The notes under the pieces were generated by a model. The model worked only from the letters and a program-made list of their open reading frames with translations. It had not been told where the DNA came from and did not search any database. A stretch of 64,000 nucleotides of DNA from Proteobacteria bacterium bin106. Lineage in GTDB: Bacteria; Bdellovibrionota_B; Oligoflexia; Oligoflexales; Bin106. The stretch is from NCBI GenBank assembly GCA_002238945.1, contig MPNI01000010.1, forward strand, positions 971 to 64,970. The letters are read 5' to 3'. The translations under genes and the position numbers were made by a program. Shown here piece after piece: positions 58,249-64,000 of the stretch (within the stretch, counting starts at the first letter, position 1; every line of letters begins with the position of its first letter).

Positions 58249-58860
58249 ATGAGTGTTGATGTTGATGAGGATAATCAAACACCTCTTGGTTGCCAAGATC
58301 AAGATGCTGCTGGTTGTAAAAAACAGCTGGATCATACACAAAATCATACATTAACAGAGCGTTCTTTGCAGTCGAGCGGAGAGGTGCGTCCAGCTCAGAA
58401 TCATTCTGATCAAAAAGATCTGGATGTGAATCTTCCTTTATCTTCTGTTTTAAAAAAAACGTCATCATCTCTAAAATCTTCGCCTGTGATGTCTGATGAA
58501 GACGTGCAAGCTCTTGAGGATTTTTGCCAAGAGGTTTCTTTTGATGATATGAGCTTTGCTCGATTTCAAAAGGTGGGAAATGATTTGGATTTACGGATAC
58601 CTATGTCGTTATCTAAAGAAGATTGTGATAGTGAGGGGCAGTGTCATGTGGAGTATACACGCACCTTAAAACGCCTTTGTGGTAAGAGAGTGGAGCTTAC
58701 TAGGCAGAGGGTACGATGTAAAGTTTGCTATCCTGATAAGCCGTTTGTGGGTCAAGAAATCACTTTACTGGGTATGGGAGATCAAGATCCACAGGGGCGT
58801 TGTGGAGATCTTGTGATTGTCTTACAACCAAAACCATCATCACTAAAGGGGGCAAGGTAG
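58249..58860 (+). CDS. DnaJ C-terminal-domain-like protein lacking a J domain
   Basis: FQKVGNDLDLRIPMSLSKE...EITLLGMGDQDPQGRCGDLVIVLQPKP resembles the DnaJ/CbpA CTD pattern (F.R.GNDL...I.L...G.G......GDL.V...V..P). No HPD motif is present. Confidence 0.45.
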   Translation: MSVDVDEDNQTPLGCQDQDAAGCKKQLDHTQNHTLTERSLQSSGEVRPAQNHSDQKDLDVNLPLSSVLKKTSSSLKSSPVMSDEDVQALEDFCQEVSFDDMSFARFQKVGNDLDLRIPMSLSKEDCDSEGQCHVEYTRTLKRLCGKRVELTRQRVRCKVCYPDKPFVGQEITLLGMGDQDPQGRCGDLVIVLQPKPSSLKGAR

Positions 58861-58963
58861 GAAGCATTTATCTTCTCTAGGGGTTGAGCAATGCGGGGCA
58901 TTTTCCGAGATAATGAAGTGTCAGAAGTTGCGGCATGGAAATCGTTTTTCTAGAGAGGATTTA

Positions 58964-61627
58964 ATGGTTAAGAATAGAGAGGTGCGAGCGGCAAAGACAA
59001 CGCAAGAAAGCAATTCAGACCATGATATTAAAGAGGAGCAGCGCCAGTTAATTCCTCTGTTGCCTCTTAAGGATATCGTGGTTTTCCCTCATATGATCGT
59101 GCCTGTCTTTATTGGTGAGAGTGTTTGCATCAATGCCGTTGAAGAGGCTTTGAGTTCAGACAAGAAGCTTTTTCTTTCGGCGTTTAAAGTTGCAGGAGTG
59201 GATTCAGATCATCTGTTGTGCACTCAAGAGCCTCCTTTTGATGTTTACAATGTGGGTACAGTATGTGCGGTGATGCGTGCCCGTAAACTTCCTGATGGTA
59301 GGATGAAGGTATTGGTGCAGGGCTTAAAGAAGGGATATCTGCACCAGATTGTCTCCACAGTGAAATTTCCTTTAACTCATGTCACTTCTTATCCTGGAGA
59401 AGAGGCAACAGACTTAGGGTCTAAAGATGTGGATCAGCCATCAGCAGATGTGCCACTGGAAGCTCAAGTTGAGGCTATGATCCGTTCTGTGCGGGAAAAT
59501 CTTGAAAAGATTGTGAATTTAGGCAAGATCCTATCTCCAGATATTTTGCTTATTGTAGAAGATGTTAAGGATCCAGCACGGCTTGCAGATCTTGTGGCAT
59601 CGAATCTCGGTTTGAAGGTTCAGGATGGTCAGGAGATTTTAAGTGCTGCTACCCCTTTAGCCAGTTTGAAAGCTGTAAACACCTATCTTTTAAGAGAGAT
59701 TGAGGTGTATCAGATGCAGATGCAGATTCAGTCTCAGGCTAAAGAAGAGATTGGTAAGATGCAACGTGAGCATTATTTAAGAGAACAGATTCGTGTGCTC
59801 AAAAGTGAGTTAGGAGATAATGATGTCAAAGACGAACTAGAAGTTTTTTGGCAGAAGTTAGAAACAGTGGCCATGTCTCAGGAGGCTAAAGAAGAGGTAG
59901 CTCGTCATCTTAAGCGTTTGCAGCGTATGCATCAAGATTCATCAGAGGCGGTGTTGAGTCGTACTTATGTAGAGACCATGCTTTCTTTGCCTTGGGGTAA
60001 GACTTCTGATGACAATCTGGAATTGAAATGGGTTTCAGAGGTGCTTGACCAGGACCATTATGGCTTGGAATCGGTAAAAGAGCGGATCTTGGAGTATCTT
60101 GCTGTTAAAAAGCTCAATCCTACTTTGAAATCGCCTATTCTCTGTTTTGTGGGCCCTCCTGGTGTGGGAAAGACATCTTTAGGTCGTTCTATTGCTCGGG
60201 CTATGAATCGTAAATTTGCACGTATTTCTTTGGGCGGTGTGAAAGATGACGCTGAAATCCGTGGTCATCGCAAGACCTATGTGGGTGCTTATCCTGGTCG
60301 TATTATTACGGCTATTAAAAACGCTCAAGTGGTTAATCCGGTGATTATGCTTGATGAGATTGATAAAGTCACACAGGATCATCGTGGTGATCCAGCTGCG
60401 GCATTGTTGGAGGTTTTGGATCCTTCTCAAAATCATACATTTCAAGATCATTACTTAGGTGTGCCTTTTGATGTTTCGGATGTGATGTTTATTGCCAATG
60501 CTAACTCTTTAGAAATTATTCCTTATGCACTGCGAGATCGCTTGGAAATCATTGAAGTGAATGGTTATTCTTTTGATGAAAAGCTTTCTATTGCTCAAGG
60601 TTTTTTGGTACCGAGACAAATTGAAGAAAACGGCTTAAATGGACAAGGCATACGTTTTTCTAAGTCAGCTTTACAAAGTCTTATTCAAGGCTATACCCGT
60701 GAGAGTGGTTTGAGGATGTTAGAAAAAAAGATTGCATGTGTCTGTCGTAAACAGGCTCGCAAGCTTGCTGAATTATGGGAGAGTGCGGAGTCTTCATCTG
60801 CTGAAAGCTCCAAGCCTTCTAACGATACTGAAGTAAGGTCTGCTGTTAAGAAGACTGGCAAGGTGGGTAAAGAGGATAAAGAAACAGAAAGCGTTGCTGT
60901 AGAGTCTGTTGCAGTTCATACGCCTACGCGTTGTCCGGTGCGTATCACCTCTGCTCATGTGGAAAAGTTTCTTGGTGCTCCGTCTTATGCTGATGATTTT
61001 TATCATCTTGAATCCACGGTGGGTGTGGCTTTAGGAATGGCTTTTACTTATTTTGGCGGTGAGATATTAGCTATTGAAGTGAATATCATGCCTTCAGCGA
61101 GTGCCAAGATGGTTCTTACGGGACAGATTGGTGATGTGATGAAAGAGTCAGCTTCAGCTGCTCTCAGTTACTTGCGTGCTAATCAAGAGTCTTTTGGTAT
61201 TGCCAAAGGTTCTTTTGATCGTCGAGAATTTCATATTCATGTTCCAGCTGGTGCCATTGCTAAAGATGGTCCTTCAGCTGGTATTGCCATAACCACGGCT
61301 TTGCTTTCTGCTCTTCTTAATGAAGCACCGCGTGCTAAAACATGCCTTACCGGTGAACTTACCTTACACGGCAAGGTTCTTCCCATTGGTGGATTGAAAG
61401 AAAAGATTTTAGCAGCTCAACGTGAGGGTATTGATTTGGTGATAATTCCAGAAAAAAATCGCAGTCAGTATCTTCATCTGCCTCTAGCGGTGAAGCGCAA
61501 GCTCAAAGTCCAGTTTGTTAATAACTATGGAGAAGTTTTTCCTTTAGTCTTTAGCAAAGATGGCGAAGGTAGTAAGGATATTCCATTACCTCAAGATTCT
61601 GTACTGCCTCATAAGGTTGCAGGATAG
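58964..61627 (+). CDS. lon: ATP-dependent Lon protease
   Basis: Walker A GPPGVGKTS, Walker B MLDEIDK, protease Ser in KDGPSAGIA. I prefer Met 58964 (GAGAGG 5 nt upstream); the ORF is open from 58913. Confidence 0.96.
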   Translation: MVKNREVRAAKTTQESNSDHDIKEEQRQLIPLLPLKDIVVFPHMIVPVFIGESVCINAVEEALSSDKKLFLSAFKVAGVDSDHLLCTQEPPFDVYNVGTVCAVMRARKLPDGRMKVLVQGLKKGYLHQIVSTVKFPLTHVTSYPGEEATDLGSKDVDQPSADVPLEAQVEAMIRSVRENLEKIVNLGKILSPDILLIVEDVKDPARLADLVASNLGLKVQDGQEILSAATPLASLKAVNTYLLREIEVYQMQMQIQSQAKEEIGKMQREHYLREQIRVLKSELGDNDVKDELEVFWQKLETVAMSQEAKEEVARHLKRLQRMHQDSSEAVLSRTYVETMLSLPWGKTSDDNLELKWVSEVLDQDHYGLESVKERILEYLAVKKLNPTLKSPILCFVGPPGVGKTSLGRSIARAMNRKFARISLGGVKDDAEIRGHRKTYVGAYPGRIITAIKNAQVVNPVIMLDEIDKVTQDHRGDPAAALLEVLDPSQNHTFQDHYLGVPFDVSDVMFIANANSLEIIPYALRDRLEIIEVNGYSFDEKLSIAQGFLVPRQIEENGLNGQGIRFSKSALQSLIQGYTRESGLRMLEKKIACVCRKQARKLAELWESAESSSAESSKPSNDTEVRSAVKKTGKVGKEDKETESVAVESVAVHTPTRCPVRITSAHVEKFLGAPSYADDFYHLESTVGVALGMAFTYFGGEILAIEVNIMPSASAKMVLTGQIGDVMKESASAALSYLRANQESFGIAKGSFDRREFHIHVPAGAIAKDGPSAGIAITTALLSALLNEAPRAKTCLTGELTLHGKVLPIGGLKEKILAAQREGIDLVIIPEKNRSQYLHLPLAVKRKLKVQFVNNYGEVFPLVFSKDGEGSKDIPLPQDSVLPHKVAG

Positions 61628-61673
61628 TATATAGTTCTTATAATGTGAGTATGGTTTTTGGGTAAATTCTGTT

Positions 61674-61705
61674 GCGTTTACTGATGCGTTTACTGATGCG
61701 CTTAC
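61674..61705. repeat. 12-bp tandem repeat gcgtttactgat x2.6
   Basis: Direct reading. Confidence 0.9.
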
Positions 61706-61801
61706 AAAGAATTCAGCACGCTCGTGGTGTATGGTGCTTGACATATAAGATGTAGACATACATAAGAATAAAGGACCTAGGAGCGCTGATAGTAAGACAC
61801 A

Positions 61802-61865
61802 GTTAAGAGAGGTTAAGAGCAGTTAAGAGCAGTTAAGAGGTTAAGAATAGTTAAGAGAATTAAGG
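61802..61865. repeat. gttaagag motif x7 at 8-10-bp periodicity
   Basis: Direct reading. Confidence 0.85.
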
Positions 61866-61941
61866 TCGATAACATTGACCACATGGATCATAAGTATTAT
61901 GGTCTTAAGAGTTGAAGAGATGTTGAATAGGCGATGATATC

Positions 61942-62148
61942 ATGGGACTTCCAGAAAGAATTGTTAAGTATTTGATTCAGATTATTGTATGGACGGTGAT
62001 TTTTTCGATCCCTTATAAAGATGGGCGGTTGTTTGATTTTAGTCGATCCATTCTCTTTGAAAACGCTGTGGTAGAGACATTTACAAACAGTACTTCTGAA
62101 GTTTTTGATGGTCTTAAAGAATTCTATACGAAGTACCTCAATAGCTAG
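61942..62148 (+). CDS. Possible small membrane protein (68 aa)
   Basis: Non-repetitive composition with one hydrophobic helix (IVKYLIQIIVWTVIFSIP). Weak SD. It competes with an antisense ORF at 61897..62223. Confidence 0.3.
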   Translation: MGLPERIVKYLIQIIVWTVIFSIPYKDGRLFDFSRSILFENAVVETFTNSTSEVFDGLKEFYTKYLNS

Positions 62149-62202
62149 CAGCAAACCATAGCAGCAAACCATAGCAGCAAACCACATTAGCAAGCCATAG
62201 CA
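62148..62202. repeat. 13-bp tandem repeat gcagcaaaccata x3 plus a degenerate copy, starting at the stop codon of the 68-aa ORF
   Basis: Direct reading. Confidence 0.9.
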
Positions 62203-62344
62203 CACAAGAATACAAGACATCACAAAAAAAGATCTTTTCTTTCTTTGCCGTTGAAGGTATAGCTAGCTAGTAACTATGTTTACATGTAGCTGGATGTAAT
62301 GACTCACATATAGCTCATTTGTATGGATTATTTTGGAGTGTGAT

Positions 62345-62890
62345 GTGTTGGAGATAGTGAGTTGGCCTCATCAGGCTCTTGAGACAAAAGCTGAGGTGGT
62401 CCGTGAATTTGATGATGCCCTTAAGTGTCTTTCTGAGGAAATGCACACTACTATGGATGTTGCTGGTGGTATTGGACTTGCTGCCAATCAGGTGAATATT
62501 CTCAAAAGAGTGATCACCATTTTTATTCCTCTATCTCAAGAAGATACTCCAAAAAAGCCTTGGCATGATCAAGCTCATTCACAGTTGCGTCCTTGGCATA
62601 ATAAGAGATATACCTTTATCAATCCTAAGATGGTGAAATATAGTGGTAAAGTCACTTATCTTGAAGGATGCTTGAGTTTTCCAGGCATGATGGATAATGT
62701 GGATCGTCATGCTGAAATCACTGTGGAGTATCAGGATATTCATGGGCATGTTCAGTCTTTAAGTTGTGATGGTTTGATGGCGATTTGTTTGCAGCATGAG
62801 ATTGATCACATTAATGGTGTGGTGTTTATTGAGCGGATGGATGAACGGGTGGGGCGAAGTATTCGCGAGCGTATGTTAGCTCGAGCTTAA
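62345..62890 (+). CDS. def: Peptide deformylase
   Basis: GIGLAANQ, EGCLSFPG, QHEIDHINGV. I prefer GTG 62345 (GGAG 6 nt upstream); the ORF is open from TTG 62333. Confidence 0.93.
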   Translation: MLEIVSWPHQALETKAEVVREFDDALKCLSEEMHTTMDVAGGIGLAANQVNILKRVITIFIPLSQEDTPKKPWHDQAHSQLRPWHNKRYTFINPKMVKYSGKVTYLEGCLSFPGMMDNVDRHAEITVEYQDIHGHVQSLSCDGLMAICLQHEIDHINGVVFIERMDERVGRSIRERMLARA

Positions 62891-62959
62891 AACGACAAGA
62901 GAATGCTGTGTTAGCTTTTTGTTATGGTATCAGTAGCTCTTTTTTTTTGAGATCATGAC

Positions 62960-63661
62960 ATGGATCATCAAAAAATTCTTATTGCTCCATCTTTGTTATC
63001 TGCTGATGTGATGAGGTTAGGTGCTGAAATTGCAGACGTTGAGGCTGCAGGTGCGGATCTTCATCATATTGATGTGATGGATGGACATTTTGTTCCAAAT
63101 CTCACTTTTGGTTTGCCTCTTGTGGAAGCATTGAAAAAATCTGCTAACTTGCCCTTAGATGTGCATTTGATGGTATCTAATCCTGATGCTGTGGTGGCTG
63201 ATTATTTAGCAGCTGGAGCTGATTGGTTAAGCTTTCATGTGGAGGCTGCCGTTCATGCTCATCGTTTGATTCAGACTATTCGTAAGGCAGGAAAAAAGCC
63301 AGGTATTGTGGTTAATCCTGGTACATCTGTGCAGTCTATTTTTCCTTTATTAGAAGATGTGGATTATGTGCTTTTGATGAGTGTTAATCCGGGATTTGGT
63401 GGTCAGCAATTTATTTCTTATACAGAAGAAAAATGTCGTATTTTAGCAAATGCCTTAGTGCAACGTTCTTTGGCAGATAAAGTGTTGATTGAAGTGGATG
63501 GAGGCATCACCCAGTATACGATTGCAAAGATGGCTATTGCGGGTGTGCGGGTGTTTGTGGCTGGTTCAGCTATTTATGGTAAAAAGGAGCGTTGCAAAGC
63601 TATTGCAGCATTAAGGGATGCAGCTCACAGCAGAGATAACTCCTTTTCTGTGAGTGGTTGA
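62960..63661 (+). CDS. rpe: Ribulose-phosphate 3-epimerase
   Basis: HIDVMDGHFVPN, MSVNPGFGGQ, VDGGI. Confidence 0.95.
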   Translation: MDHQKILIAPSLLSADVMRLGAEIADVEAAGADLHHIDVMDGHFVPNLTFGLPLVEALKKSANLPLDVHLMVSNPDAVVADYLAAGADWLSFHVEAAVHAHRLIQTIRKAGKKPGIVVNPGTSVQSIFPLLEDVDYVLLMSVNPGFGGQQFISYTEEKCRILANALVQRSLADKVLIEVDGGITQYTIAKMAIAGVRVFVAGSAIYGKKERCKAIAALRDAAHSRDNSFSVSG

Positions 63662-63913
63662 TGGTTGTTTCAGAGAATATATAAGTCCACAGTATTTACA
63701 GAGTACAGACAGAGTAAAGTCAGTGTACAATGAAGATGTATGTTATACAGAAATGTATCATGGATTGTTTCTAGACTAGAGCATGTATAAGTTATAAGTG
63801 TATAAAGAGCACACAAAGACTATAGAAAGACTATAGAAAACCATGCTCAGGATTTCAGACTGTGGGGTTAAAGCGACATGATGCCAGTGATGACAAAGCT
63901 AACAACCATAATT

Positions 63914-63952
63914 CATAACAGTTATAACAGTTATAACAGCAGTCATAACAGA
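63914..63952. repeat. 9-bp tandem repeat YataacagY x3 plus a spaced fourth copy
   Basis: Direct reading. Confidence 0.8.
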
Positions 63953-64000
63953 TGGTGCTTTCATATTGTGGTCTATGTATGTGCTGTGATGGCAGCAAGT

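Noticed and set aside
61802-61865. Whether the repeat arrays (this one and the others) could be CRISPR arrays
   Set aside because: The units are contiguous or separated by only 0-2 nt, so there are no spacers of 25-40 bp. The units are 8-18 bp rather than 24-40 bp. No cas genes are present in the window.
1-64000. tRNA, rRNA, tmRNA, RNase P and SRP RNA genes
   Set aside because: I scanned both strands of the spacers for T-loop-like GGTTCGAAT/GGTTCGAGT motifs and for the conserved 5' ends of tmRNA and RNase P, and found none. This was a manual scan, so tRNAscan/Infernal should confirm it.

Overview
This is a bacterial chromosomal segment with Gram-negative, proteobacteria-like features: DksA, a Fis-type HTH protein, endonuclease I and many lipobox lipoproteins. 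I cannot place it more precisely from sequence alone.

The backbone is conserved housekeeping genes: uvrB-uvrC, rpmF-fabD, ileS (long type-2-like form), purB/purA (divergent), sucC-sucD-murB, a dksA-like gene, leuS, prs-rplY-pth, rpsF-rplI-dnaB, grpE, lon, def and rpe. Between them sit many secreted or lipoprotein hydrolases. These are an endonuclease I, two tandem SGNH/GDSL esterases, two tandem M16 zinc peptidases plus a third M16-like protein lacking HxxEH, two trypsin-like (S1) proteases, a vWA lipoprotein and several orphan lipoproteins.

I found no rRNA, tRNA, CRISPR array, transposase, integrase or reverse transcriptase. By my annotation about 78% of the window is coding, which is low for a bacterium, and several ORF-free spacers are 0.5-1.5 kb long.

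The most unusual signal is not a gene cluster but a sequence-architecture phenomenon. Almost every intergenic spacer carries its own short (9-18 bp), mostly perfect tandem direct repeat array, and the unit sequences are unrelated between loci. The arrays inside CDS all have unit lengths divisible by 3 (12 or 15 bp). They encode short peptide repeats in signal-peptide or linker regions and in disordered extensions of housekeeping proteins.

Secondary points of interest:
- a low-GC, about 5 kb island (42.1-47.2 kb) of orphan secreted proteins, including an S1-like protease whose N-terminal signal peptide lies in another frame
- a DksA homologue retaining only one of the four Zn-finger cysteines
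- rpsF-rplI without rpsR
- a DnaJ C-terminal-domain protein without a J domain, downstream of grpE
- a paralogous Cys-containing lipoprotein family
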